From positions 11,002 through 75,001 of the forward strand of contig CALXSR010000030.1 of assembly GCA_944391215.1 (NCBI GenBank): a stretch of DNA of 64,000 nt, given 5' to 3'. The notes beneath the pieces were generated by a model. It was not told where the DNA came from, made no database searches, and saw nothing but the letters and a program-made list of their open reading frames with translations. Positions 1 to 8,807 of this stretch are shown here, one piece after another; the first letter of the stretch is position 1; every line of letters starts with the position of its first letter. The position numbers and the translations under genes were made by a program. Origin of the DNA: an uncultured Clostridia bacterium. Its GTDB lineage: Bacteria > Bacillota > Dehalobacteriia > UBA4068 > CALXSR01.

Positions 1-1
1 A

Positions 2-112
2 GTGGCAGTAGCAGATTTTATGGCTGAATTGCAACGGTTGGGCGTGGACGATTCTTTTGCCTTGAAAGTAGCGCCGCGTTATGAGGCAGGGGTAATATAT
101 CATATTGTTTAA
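2..112 (+). CDS. 3' end of an upstream gene of unknown product (partial at window edge)
   Basis: Open frame from the window edge to a TAA at about 110-112 (...VAVADFMAELQRLGVDDSFALKVAPRYEAGVIYHIV*). No recognisable motif. Confidence 0.3.
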   Translation: MAVADFMAELQRLGVDDSFALKVAPRYEAGVIYHIV

Positions 113-159
113 ATGTTTTTTTCTTTTTAGGGTAAAATAAAAGAGAAAGGGGATTTGCC

Positions 160-1332
160 ATGAGCTATTATGAAGAGCAATATTATGAAAAACCGCGTCG
201 TAGAGGGAATTGGTTTTTTACTTTTTTATTGATGTTATTATCGGCAATTTTAGGTGGTATCATTGCCATAAATGTGGCCATTAGTATGGATTTGTTAGTG
301 AAAGAAAGCGATGTCGTTTCGGATAATCCGCTCATAGGGCAAGAGGGGAATGGAACGGCTAATTTACCTTATTATATTCCGCAACCAAATTTGGATACCA
401 GTACTACCGTTACGGCGGTAGCGGCAAAATTAAGCCCTTCTGTGGTTAGTATTTCCAATTATGGTGCGTATTTGGACTTTTTCCATGGTTCGCAGGAGGT
501 GCAGCAGTCTTCCGGTTCTGGGGTAATTATTGCCGAAGACGGCTTAATCATTACCAATAATCATGTTGTGTCCGGAGCCAGTCGTATTACGGTTTCTTTG
601 GCCGATGGCAGCCAATATGAGGCTGAGTTATTGGGGAAAGATAGTAGAACGGATTTGGCTTTGTTAAAAATTGAGGCAAATCATTTACCGGCCGCCACTT
701 TTGGGGATTCGGATACCTTGCAAGTCGGCGAAATTGCCATTGCGATTGGAAATCCTGGGGGAGAAGATTTTGCCCGCTCAGTTACGCAAGGGGTCATCAG
801 TGGTTTAAATCGGCTCTTGGTGAATTCGGAAGGGCTGCCTTTCCGTTTAATTCAAACGGATGCCGCGATTAACCCCGGTAATTCCGGCGGTGCTTTGGCC
901 AATGCCAAAGGAGAAGTGATTGGTATCAATACCATTAAAATTTCCAGTTCTGGTTATGAAGGGATGGGTTTTGCCATTCCGGCCAATGTAGTAAAAGAAA
1001 TTGCCCAAACATTACAAGAAAACGGCAAGGTCATTCGCCCGGCTTTGGGCGTAAGTATGCGTGGCAATGTTGATGCGCAAATAGCTTCTTATAATCGTTT
1101 AAGTTTAGATTATGGCGTTATTGTATTGCCGCAAACAGGAGGGCCTGCCGCGAAAGCTGGCATGAAAAACAATGATATTATTATTGCGGTAGATGGAGAA
1201 AAAATAGCGACTTCTTATGAACTGCAAGAAAAGATATTTAGCTATCAAGTGGGGGATACGGTAACCGTACAAGTACTGCGGGACAATCAGAAAATTGATT
1301 TGCAAATTACTTTAGCGGAGCTAGCCGAGTAG
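160..1332 (+). CDS. htrA: HtrA/DegP-family serine protease with N-terminal TM helix, trypsin-like domain and C-terminal PDZ domain
   Basis: 390 aa. Catalytic motif GNSGGAL with His and Asp context (NNHVV, DLALLK). PDZ-like C-terminus. RBS aaagggga precedes the ATG. Confidence 0.85.
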   Translation: MSYYEEQYYEKPRRRGNWFFTFLLMLLSAILGGIIAINVAISMDLLVKESDVVSDNPLIGQEGNGTANLPYYIPQPNLDTSTTVTAVAAKLSPSVVSISNYGAYLDFFHGSQEVQQSSGSGVIIAEDGLIITNNHVVSGASRITVSLADGSQYEAELLGKDSRTDLALLKIEANHLPAATFGDSDTLQVGEIAIAIGNPGGEDFARSVTQGVISGLNRLLVNSEGLPFRLIQTDAAINPGNSGGALANAKGEVIGINTIKISSSGYEGMGFAIPANVVKEIAQTLQENGKVIRPALGVSMRGNVDAQIASYNRLSLDYGVIVLPQTGGPAAKAGMKNNDIIIAVDGEKIATSYELQEKIFSYQVGDTVTVQVLRDNQKIDLQITLAELAE

Positions 1333-1341
1333 GTGATTAAC

Positions 1342-1821
1342 ATGACGATTACCCTTTTAACGGTAGGAAAAATAAAAGAGCAGTATTTAAAAGAAGGCAT
1401 TGCTGAGTATTGCAAACGGTTGCAGCCTTATGATAAGCTGCAAATCATAGAAGTGGTGGATGAAGCGGTTGCAGAAAATGCTTCAGCGGCGCAAATAGAA
1501 CAGGCGAAAGAAAAGGAAGGAGAACGCCTTTTAAAACGTATGCCGGCAAATGCTGTTTTGTTGGCTTTGGATTTAAATGGCGAACAGATTTCCTCGCCTG
1601 GTTTGGCAAATTGTATTGCACAATATCAGTTAACCGGCAAAAGTCATTTGGCTTTTGTCATTGGCGGTTCTTTTGGTTTGGCGCCAATGGTATTGGCAAA
1701 GGCGGATAAAAAAATTGCTTTTGGCCTTTGCACTTATCCGCATCAACTGATGCGTCTTATCTTTTTAGAACAGTTATATCGGGCCTATAAAATCAATCGT
1801 AAGGAAAGCTATCATAAATAA
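1342..1821 (+). CDS. rlmH: 23S rRNA (pseudouridine1915-N3)-methyltransferase RlmH (SPOUT family)
   Basis: About 160 aa. N-terminus MTITLLTVGKIKEQYLKEGIAEY is typical of RlmH/YbeA. Start moved to the ATG at 1342, which follows an AGGTGA SD. The track frame begins at a GTG at 1333. Confidence 0.85.
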   Translation: MTITLLTVGKIKEQYLKEGIAEYCKRLQPYDKLQIIEVVDEAVAENASAAQIEQAKEKEGERLLKRMPANAVLLALDLNGEQISSPGLANCIAQYQLTGKSHLAFVIGGSFGLAPMVLAKADKKIAFGLCTYPHQLMRLIFLEQLYRAYKINRKESYHK

Positions 1822-1878
1822 GAAAAACTGGACCGGGAAAAGCGTAAAACAGGTTATTATCTTTATAAAAAAGAGTGT

Positions 1879-1910
1879 AAATTCCCCTGCTTCGGCAGGG
1901 AAATTTTTTT
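1879..1910 (+). terminator. Rho-independent terminator after rlmH
   Basis: Hairpin aattcccctgc-ttcg-gcagggaaatt followed by a T7 run. Confidence 0.6.
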
Positions 1911-1951
1911 GTCAGGAAAGAAAGAAAAATGTAGAATTTAGCAGGAATAGT

Positions 1952-2620
1952 ATGTTTAAAAGAAGAATAATACTAAATATTGTAGTTGAAGGGGGGAGTG
2001 CTCTCTTGCGGCAATCTTCTTTTGCCTTAAAAAATGGAAAAAGAAAACTTGTTTTTGCAGAAGAATGTATTAGCGCTATGGAAAGTAATGATCGGAGCCG
2101 TCGTTTGGCGCATTACGCCTTAAAAATAGCGGATGCTTTGGATTTGGATTATGAGCAGCGGGAAAATATCAGGCTTCTTTGTTATTGTTATGATTTGGGA
2201 AAAATCTTTGATGATTACCAAAGAGAAGATGTGATTTATTTTTCTCAGCAGGCAGAATTAGAAAATAAACATACGGAAATTGGCGCGGCCATTGCCCAAT
2301 GTTTGCCTCAGTTATATGGTATAAGCGAAGCCATTCGCTATCATCATGAAAAATGGGATGGCAGCGGGCTTTATGGTTTGCAGGGGGAACAAATTCCACT
2401 GTCTTGCCGCGTATTTTCCGTTTGTTGGGCTTATGATAAAATGATTCGTCCCGGCGGGGGCCGGGTAGGGATGATTCTCAGTGATGCTTTGACGGAATTA
2501 GAACAGTTTGCAGGGCGGGAATTGGATCCTAGTTTAATTTCTTTATTTCAGGGTTTATTAAATGAAAAACCAAAAGGCGCGCTTCATGTAAAGCCCAAAA
2601 TGGCTTTTTCATTCCGTTAG
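1952..2620 (+). CDS. Stand-alone HD-GYP-family domain protein with degenerate catalytic motifs (probably inactive)
   Basis: 222 aa. HHEKWDGSG...GEQIPL matches the HD-GYP signature HHExxDGSGYP. GYP is replaced by GLY with a one-residue deletion, and the HD dyad region reads YDLGK instead of HDIGK. Confidence 0.6.
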   Translation: MFKRRIILNIVVEGGSALLRQSSFALKNGKRKLVFAEECISAMESNDRSRRLAHYALKIADALDLDYEQRENIRLLCYCYDLGKIFDDYQREDVIYFSQQAELENKHTEIGAAIAQCLPQLYGISEAIRYHHEKWDGSGLYGLQGEQIPLSCRVFSVCWAYDKMIRPGGGRVGMILSDALTELEQFAGRELDPSLISLFQGLLNEKPKGALHVKPKMAFSFR

Positions 2621-2700
2621 AGTAGTAGGGCGACGAAGTTTGTCCTGGTGATATCAATAGGATACCAAAATGGCTTTTTCGTTCCGCCAAAATAGTAAGG
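2593..2700. repeat. Imperfect tandem duplication (period about 70 bp) spanning the stop codon of the HD-GYP gene
   Basis: ccaaaatggctttttcattccgttagagtagtaggg at about 2593-2628 is repeated as ccaaaatggctttttcgttccgccaaaatagtaagg at about 2663-2698. Confidence 0.5.
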
Positions 2701-2720
2701 ATCAACTGGATTGATTGAAA

Positions 2721-2750
2721 AAAACCGGAGCCTATCCGGTTTTTTCTTAT
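2721..2750 (+). terminator. Rho-independent terminator
   Basis: aaaaaaccggagcctatccggttttttc: GC stem followed by a T run. Confidence 0.6.
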
Positions 2751-2882
2751 TTGTGGGAGGATTGACACCCTAAGTTAGGCGTAGTATTATTAAAAATACG
2801 ACATGCATAGCAATAGTAAGGTGGAGTACTATTGGGGTATGCCATAAGAATACAGTAAGAAACCTGTAAGGAGGATATTTTG

Positions 2883-4460
2883 ATGAAAGTACTGGTTGCT
2901 GAGAAGATTTGCCAGGACGGCGTAAAATTGTTGCGCGATTGCGGTTTGGAAGTAGATTATTGTCCAACTATCACACGGGAAGATTTATTATCTACGATTG
3001 ATCAATATGATGGTTTAATTGTACGCAGTATTCCAATTGTAGACGAGGAATTGCTCAACGCGGCTACCAATTTGAAAGTCGTTGGCCGCGCTGGTAATGG
3101 GGTAGATAATATTAACATGTCTTTGGCTACCCAAAAAGGGGTTATTGTGGTTAATACACCGGATGCAAACAGCGTTTCTGCTTGCGAATTGACCATTGGC
3201 CACATTATTGCTTCCGCCCGTAACTTGCCGCAAGCCAATGCACATTTAAAAAGTGGGCAATGGGGCCGCAGCCGTTTTCAAGGTACCGAATTGCAGGGGA
3301 AGAAGCTTGGCATTATTGGTTTAGGTCGGATTGGTACTTTGGTGGCTACCCGCATGAGCAGCTTTGGTATGAAAATTTATGCTTATGATCCGTATATTAC
3401 CGATAAACAATTCCAAAAAGCAGGCGCAGAAAAAGTGGATACTTTAGAGGATTTAATGCGTTTAGCTGATATTTTGACGATTCATACCCCGCGTACCAAA
3501 GAAACCATGAATATGGTAAGAAAAGAGCATTTTCAAATGGCCAAACGCGGTTTGCGGGTGGTAAACTGCGCGCGTGGGGGCTTAATCAATGAAGAGGATT
3601 TGGCTTGGGCTTTAGAAGAAGGTATTGTGGCATCGGCTGGTTTTGACGTGTTGAGCAAAGAGCCTTGCACTGATTCTCCTTTATACAAATTTGACAACTT
3701 TATTGTTACGCCGCATATTGGGGCGACAACGGATGAAGCGCAAGAAGCGGTTGGTATGAGCGTTGCACAAGAAGTGGTTTCCGCGTTAAATGGGGAAATG
3801 GTACCTAATGCTGTCAATTTGCCGATGGTAAAAGGGCAGGATTGGGTGGCTTTGCAACCTTGCCTTAATTTGGCCGAAACATTGGGCAAACTATTTTATC
3901 AATTAGAAAAAGACGTTGTGGAACGGGTAGAAGTACAATATTTAGGCAATGCCACCAAGTGGGAAAGCGATTTGGTAACTTTGGCTGTAATCAAAGGGTT
4001 ATTTGAGCCTATTTTGATGGAACAAATTAACTATGTCAATGCCAAATTGGTTGCAGAAAGCAGGGGCGTTGCGATTGCAGAAAGCAAAGAATCCGAATGT
4101 TCTTATTATAGTAATTTACTGCGGGTAAAAGTATTTGCCGGCGGTAAAGAATATGAATATGCCGGTACCATTACGGAATTGGGGGAAATTCATATTGTCA
4201 ATATCAATGGTTTTCGTATTGACTTTAAACCTTCTCATTATATGGTCGTGGCGGAAAACTTAAATGCTCCGGGGCAAATTGGTAAAATGGGAACCTGCCT
4301 GGGGAGAAATAAAGTAAATATTGGTAACATGCAGGTAAGTCCTTCGGATGGCCAAAAAGCTATGATGGTGTTGACGGTGGATTCTCCTTTGGATGAACAA
4401 GTTTTACAGGATATGAGCAGTTTAGAAGGATTCTTCCGGGTGCGTTTTGTGCAGCTTTAA
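2883..4460 (+). CDS. serA: D-3-phosphoglycerate dehydrogenase with C-terminal ASB/ACT regulatory domains
   Basis: About 525 aa. 2-hydroxyacid dehydrogenase NAD-binding motif GIIGLGRIGT with catalytic R/E/H context, and a long C-terminal regulatory extension. RBS aaggagga. A TTGACA-N17-TATTAT promoter lies at about 2763-2791. Confidence 0.9.
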   Translation: MKVLVAEKICQDGVKLLRDCGLEVDYCPTITREDLLSTIDQYDGLIVRSIPIVDEELLNAATNLKVVGRAGNGVDNINMSLATQKGVIVVNTPDANSVSACELTIGHIIASARNLPQANAHLKSGQWGRSRFQGTELQGKKLGIIGLGRIGTLVATRMSSFGMKIYAYDPYITDKQFQKAGAEKVDTLEDLMRLADILTIHTPRTKETMNMVRKEHFQMAKRGLRVVNCARGGLINEEDLAWALEEGIVASAGFDVLSKEPCTDSPLYKFDNFIVTPHIGATTDEAQEAVGMSVAQEVVSALNGEMVPNAVNLPMVKGQDWVALQPCLNLAETLGKLFYQLEKDVVERVEVQYLGNATKWESDLVTLAVIKGLFEPILMEQINYVNAKLVAESRGVAIAESKESECSYYSNLLRVKVFAGGKEYEYAGTITELGEIHIVNINGFRIDFKPSHYMVVAENLNAPGQIGKMGTCLGRNKVNIGNMQVSPSDGQKAMMVLTVDSPLDEQVLQDMSSLEGFFRVRFVQL

Positions 4461-4485
4461 TTCTTTTCTATTTTGACATAAATAA

Positions 4486-4520
4486 AATCACTAAGGCCAA
4501 GCCTTAGTGATTTTTCTTAA
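4486..4520 (+). terminator. Rho-independent terminator after serA
   Basis: aaatcactaaggc-caa-gccttagtgattt followed by a T run. Confidence 0.6.
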
Positions 4521-4538
4521 AAGGGGTTAGGACAAACT

Positions 4539-5267
4539 ATGACGCAGTTTCCATTTGCTATTTTAATTGCCAGTTCTTGTATTTTATTGGGTGGTATTTT
4601 AGGGGCATTGTTAGGACATAAAATTCCACAAAAAATAAGGAAACATTTGCCCATGATGTTTTGTTTGAGTTCTATGGCAATGGGTATTTCCTGTATTATG
4701 AAAATGCAAACTATGCCGGCGGTGATACTTGCCATTTTGCTGGGTTGCGTGGTGGGGGATCTTTGTCGTATTCAGGAAGGAATTCAATTTTGTGCCAATA
4801 AAATGCGAGAGCCTTTGGAAAAAATAATGCCCAATCGAAGCACGCAAAAAGATCCGGACCGTTTTATGACGGAATTTGTAAGTCTAGTGGTTTTATTTTG
4901 CGTTAGCAGTACAGGTATTTATGGTTCTTTACAATATGGGATGACGGGGGATCAAAATATTTTATTGGCCAAAGCTATTTTAGATTTTTTTACCGCTTTC
5001 ATTTTTGCAGCCAGTTTGGGGTATTTGGTGGCTTTTATTGCTGTTCCGGAAATGATCATTTTTCTTGCTTTGTTTTATGGCGCAACTTTTTTAACGCCTT
5101 TTTTAACACCTACGATATTGGGTGATTTTTCTGCTTGCGGCGGCATTATTTTATTGGGTACTGGTTTTACCATAGGCGGTTTGCGTGATTTCCCAACCGC
5201 TAGTATGATACCAGCAATGATTTTTGTTTTTCCCTTGTCTTATTTATGGAATTTATTGCCTTTTTAG
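4539..5267 (+). CDS. DUF554 (YqgA-like) inner-membrane protein
   Basis: 242 aa, multi-TM. N-terminus ...ILLGGILGALLGHKIPQKIRKHLP closely resembles E. coli YqgA (...LLGGVLGALLGQRLPERIR...). Confidence 0.75.
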   Translation: MTQFPFAILIASSCILLGGILGALLGHKIPQKIRKHLPMMFCLSSMAMGISCIMKMQTMPAVILAILLGCVVGDLCRIQEGIQFCANKMREPLEKIMPNRSTQKDPDRFMTEFVSLVVLFCVSSTGIYGSLQYGMTGDQNILLAKAILDFFTAFIFAASLGYLVAFIAVPEMIIFLALFYGATFLTPFLTPTILGDFSACGGIILLGTGFTIGGLRDFPTASMIPAMIFVFPLSYLWNLLPF

Positions 5268-5278
5268 GAGGAGATAGG

Positions 5279-5851
5279 ATGTATCACTTTTTTGCTTATC
5301 TTTCGCGGATGAAATTGATCAAACGTTGGTCCTTGATGCGCAACAGTACGGAAGAGAATTTGCAGGAACATAGTATGCAGGTTGTAATGATTGCCCATGC
5401 TTTGGCGGAAATTCAAAATTGCTTTTTTGGCGGTAATGTAAACGCAGCCCGCATCGCTATGTTGGCTATGTACCATGACGCGGGAGAAGTGATTGTGGGC
5501 GATTTGCCGACGCCGGTTAAGTATTTTAATCCGGAAATTCATACTTCTTATAGTAAAATTGAGGATATTGCCAAGGAAAAATTGCTTTCCTATTTGCCGC
5601 CGGAATTGCAGGAGGATTATCGATTGCTGCTTTTTGTACCGCAAGGAGAAGAAGCGCTTTATATTAAAGCAGCGGATAAAATTTGCGCTTATTTAAAATG
5701 TTTAGAGGAAATGGGCAGCGGCAATCGTGAATTTAGTAAAGCCGGCGAGTCTATTTTGCAAGAACTGCAAAAATATTCTCTGCCGGCCATTGGGTATTTT
5801 TTGGAGCACTTTGCGCCTAGTTTCTCCTTAACATTGGATGAATTAAATTAA
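5279..5851 (+). CDS. yfbR: HD-domain 5'-deoxynucleotidase YfbR
   Basis: About 190 aa. Near-collinear with E. coli YfbR: HFFAYLSRMKLIKRWSLMRN...EHSMQVVMIAHALA...MYHDAGEVIVGDLPTPVKYFN. RBS ggagga precedes the ATG at 5279. Confidence 0.9.
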   Translation: MYHFFAYLSRMKLIKRWSLMRNSTEENLQEHSMQVVMIAHALAEIQNCFFGGNVNAARIAMLAMYHDAGEVIVGDLPTPVKYFNPEIHTSYSKIEDIAKEKLLSYLPPELQEDYRLLLFVPQGEEALYIKAADKICAYLKCLEEMGSGNREFSKAGESILQELQKYSLPAIGYFLEHFAPSFSLTLDELN

Positions 5852-5862
5852 TATCTTTTAAT

Positions 5863-7059
5863 TTAATACAGTAGGTTAATCAGTAAAGTGAGAATTGAAC
5901 CGTTAATAAAGTCAATAAATAAACTACCTACCAAAGGCACAATGAAAAAAGCTTTGGGAGCTGGACCGTACTGGTTGGTAATTGCTTGCATATTGGCAAT
6001 GGCGTTGGGTGTTGCGCCCATGCCAAAACCGCAAGTGGCAGAAGCCATAACCGCTGCTTCATAATCGCGCCCCATGAAATTGAAGGTAACAAAGTAAGAG
6101 AACAGGATAATTAAAATGGTTTGCGCGAAAAGCATAATCATCATAGGAACTGCTAATTGGGCCAGTTCCCACAGTTTTAAGCTCATTAAAGCCATGGATA
6201 AGAAAAGCGTTAGAGAAACATTGCCCAGTATTTCTATAATATCTACCATAACATTGTTTTTTTGAGCGATGTCGGATAAATTTCTTAATAGAGCGGCCGC
6301 CAACATGGCGCCAATATAAGAGGGGAAAGTAACGCCGGTTTTTTGGATTAAAGCGGAAATAATGGTGCCGATACCGGCAGCAACAAAAAGCATGGAAAAG
6401 GCTTTTAAAAATTGTTCCGTCGTTGGTTTTTCATTTATTTTTTCTTCTGTGAAGGTATCGATTGCCGCAATATCAGAAGAAACTTGCGAATGTAAATGAT
6501 GTTTTTGAATTCTTCTTTTGGCTACCGGCCCGCCGATAAAGCCACCCATAATTAAACCGAACGTGGCGGCGGCCATGGAAAAAGTGGTGGCGCCGGTAAT
6601 GCCCATTTCTTCTAATAAAAGGCCGAAAGAACCGGCCGTGCCATGCCCGCCTATCATGGAAATGGAGCCAACGCAAAGTCCTAATAAAGGATCGATTTGA
6701 AAGGTGTTGGCTAAAAGAATTCCTAAAGCGTCCTGGAATACGACCAATAAAGTGGCGATTAGCACAAATATTATGACTTGGAGTCCGCCCTTTTTTAATA
6801 ACTTCAAACTGGCGGTATAGCCTACGCTAGTAAAAAACAGCGTCATGAAAACATCTTTCATAATCGTGTCGGTTTCAATGGTCATTAAACCGCTATTATT
6901 TAAAATAAGGGTTAGAATGGCAAAAAGAATACCGCCGATAACCGGCGCTGGAATGCAATATTTCTCAAAAAATTGAAATTTTTTCCGAATGATACTTCCT
7001 AGTCCAAATACAAGTACTGCCACAGCTACTGTTTGATATAAATCGAGCTTTAACAACAT
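5863..7059 (-). CDS. gltS: Sodium/glutamate symporter (GltS family)
   Basis: 398 aa, multi-TM. N-terminus MLLKLDLYQTVAVAVLVFGLGSIIRKK...IPAPVIGG is typical of GltS. Confidence 0.8.
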   Translation of the reverse strand: MLLKLDLYQTVAVAVLVFGLGSIIRKKFQFFEKYCIPAPVIGGILFAILTLILNNSGLMTIETDTIMKDVFMTLFFTSVGYTASLKLLKKGGLQVIIFVLIATLLVVFQDALGILLANTFQIDPLLGLCVGSISMIGGHGTAGSFGLLLEEMGITGATTFSMAAATFGLIMGGFIGGPVAKRRIQKHHLHSQVSSDIAAIDTFTEEKINEKPTTEQFLKAFSMLFVAAGIGTIISALIQKTGVTFPSYIGAMLAAALLRNLSDIAQKNNVMVDIIEILGNVSLTLFLSMALMSLKLWELAQLAVPMMIMLFAQTILIILFSYFVTFNFMGRDYEAAVMASATCGFGMGATPNAIANMQAITNQYGPAPKAFFIVPLVGSLFIDFINGSILTLLINLLY

Positions 7060-7110
7060 CTTTTTATCCCCTTTTGTAAGTAGTTTATGGTATTTGTTGG
7101 AGACTGGGTT

Positions 7111-7713
7111 TTATTTTTTTGCTTGAACCAATGCAGTGTTTTTTTGTAAAATCACTTCTATTTGCTGCTGCGGAACTTCATAAATGGAGCGCAAAGGCAA
7201 CGGTGGGTCGGAAGAAGCGTTTAGAATTTTTTCCATCCAAACCGTATCGTGCCAAGCTCCGTGTTTATATCCAGTATGGTGGAAGACACCAATTGGAACA
7301 AAGCCGCGGGCAGTATGTAAAGCCACGCTTTTTTCATTGGGTAAAGTGATAATGGCGTATAGGTTTTGCACATTTTGCCATGCTAATAATTCGCTGAGTG
7401 CATTGTATAAGGCGGTTCCTATTTTTTTTCCATGATTATGTTGCGCTACATATACGGAAAGTTCGGCATTCCATTGATAAGCGGCTCTTTCTAATTGTCG
7501 ATGCGCATAGGCATAGCCGACGATTTGGCCGTTTATTTCACAGACCAGATAGGGGTAAAAGGCAATGATTTCTTCTATCCGGCGGCGAAATGCAGTTAGG
7601 GTAGGAATTTCATATTCAAAGGTAATGGTGGTATCCGTAATATAGGGGGCGTAAATTGCCAAAATGGCGGCGGCATCTTCTTTTTGGGCCAAACGGATAT
7701 TCACTTGTTCCAT
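7111..7713 (-). CDS. GNAT-family N-acetyltransferase (phosphinothricin/YncA-like L-amino-acid N-acyltransferase subgroup)
   Basis: About 200 aa beginning MEQVNIRLAQKEDAAAILAIYAPYI. GNAT acetyl-CoA motif region QHNHGKKIGTALY. The AAGGAGG RBS favours the internal ATG over the longer track ORF. Confidence 0.7.
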   Translation of the reverse strand: MEQVNIRLAQKEDAAAILAIYAPYITDTTITFEYEIPTLTAFRRRIEEIIAFYPYLVCEINGQIVGYAYAHRQLERAAYQWNAELSVYVAQHNHGKKIGTALYNALSELLAWQNVQNLYAIITLPNEKSVALHTARGFVPIGVFHHTGYKHGAWHDTVWMEKILNASSDPPLPLRSIYEVPQQQIEVILQKNTALVQAKK

Positions 7714-7724
7714 GTTATCCTCCT

Positions 7725-8551
7725 TTAGGCTGGCGGTTGACAATGTGGGCAAAAATAAATATTTCCACCTAAGTAGGTTTGCCGTATTATTTCTCCGCCA
7801 CAAACAGGGCATGGTTTTTGCCAGGTTTTATTGCTCAAAATAGTATGATAGCCTCCATTTGCGCCAAATAAATCTTTTTCGGTATTGCGTCCGCCTTGTT
7901 GCGCCATTTGCAACAAGGTGTTTTTTATGCTCCAATATAAATTATTTCGTTGTATTTCTGTTAAACCCTGTAATTTGGTTTTTGGATGTAGATGGGCCTG
8001 AAACAAAATATCTTGCAGCACGCCGTTGCCCAAGCCAGGAATGCGTTGTTCTGTTGCCAAAAATGCTTTTAAGCTGCTTGTCGGTTTGGTTGTTCGGTAT
8101 AGAGTTTGGAAATATTTCATGCTGAAATCGTCGGATAAAGGATGCGGTTTGCTTTTCGCCTCAATATAATATGGGTTGTGGTTAGCCCTTTCTGGATAAG
8201 CCCAAATACCGCCATACATCTGCACGGTAACTGTAAAAGCGCTGTCGTCGGTAAAAGTAAGCAGCAACTGATGTTTGGCAGGTAAGGTTTCTCCTGGTTT
8301 AAAATACCGTAAATTAGCGCCGTCGCCAAAAAGTAATCTGGCGTCTTCTGCATAAATTTCTAGTTGTCCGCTAACCGAATAGGCGGACCCGATTGTTTTT
8401 CCGATCAGTAAAGCGGGATGAAAAGCGGGGGCAGCATAATAAAAAGCGAATTTATGCGGAAAATGATTGACCGAAACGGAGGCTGTTTTTTCGCTGCTAA
8501 AGTTTCATTACTTTGCATGGCTAACTGTATGGCTTCTGGTATTTCTAGCAT
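7725..8551 (-). pseudogene. Fpg/Nei-family DNA glycosylase gene interrupted by frameshifts
   Basis: ORF 7725..8267 encodes the H2TH region (GLGNGVLQDILFQAHLHPK) and the C-terminal zinc finger (CPVCGGEI...CPHCQ) but lacks the N-terminal domain. A Nei-like N-terminus MLEIPEAIQLAMQSNETLAAKKQ lies at 8551 in another frame and terminates after an A6 run. A third frame covers 8117..8353. Confidence 0.5.
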
Positions 8552-8702
8552 CGAAAAATCTTCTTTTAAAGGTATTTTATCAGATGAACGGTATGGAAAC
8601 AAGCACTATTATTGGCTGGAATTTCTTTTCCTTTTTTATGGGAGGTTTTTCAGAAAAAGGCTTGACTTTAGGAGGTTTTTATTATATAAATAATATCTGT
8701 GT

Positions 8703-8788
8703 GGTTTAGTGAAAATAAACTTAAAGTTTAATGAATGGCAACAATGATGTTTAGTGAATATAAACAAGGGGTTTAGTGAAATTTATTT
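8703..8788 (+). promoter_or_regulatory. Three direct repeats GTTTAGTGAA(A/T)AT(A/T)(A/T)A upstream of the XRE-cupin regulator; candidate operator sites
   Basis: gtttagtgaaaataaac, gtttagtgaatataaac and gtttagtgaaatttatt start at about 8704, 8749 and 8771. The third copy is about 28 nt upstream of the start codon. Confidence 0.45.
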
Positions 8789-8807
8789 GGGTTGTGGAGG
8801 AGAAAAA

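Noticed and set aside
3533-3889. Antisense ORFs inside serA (also 3002..3245)
   Set aside because: They are embedded in a well-supported CDS on the opposite strand, with no independent support.
8418-8709. Two overlapping + strand ORFs (91 and 80 aa)
   Set aside because: They lie on the antisense strand of the decayed Fpg/Nei N-terminal region and the regulator promoter. They overlap each other in different frames, have no RBS, and their composition looks like translated AT-rich non-coding DNA.
8703-8788. Possible CRISPR array (direct repeats)
   Set aside because: There are only three 17-nt repeats with irregular 45/22-nt spacing and no cas genes. They fit operator sites much better.
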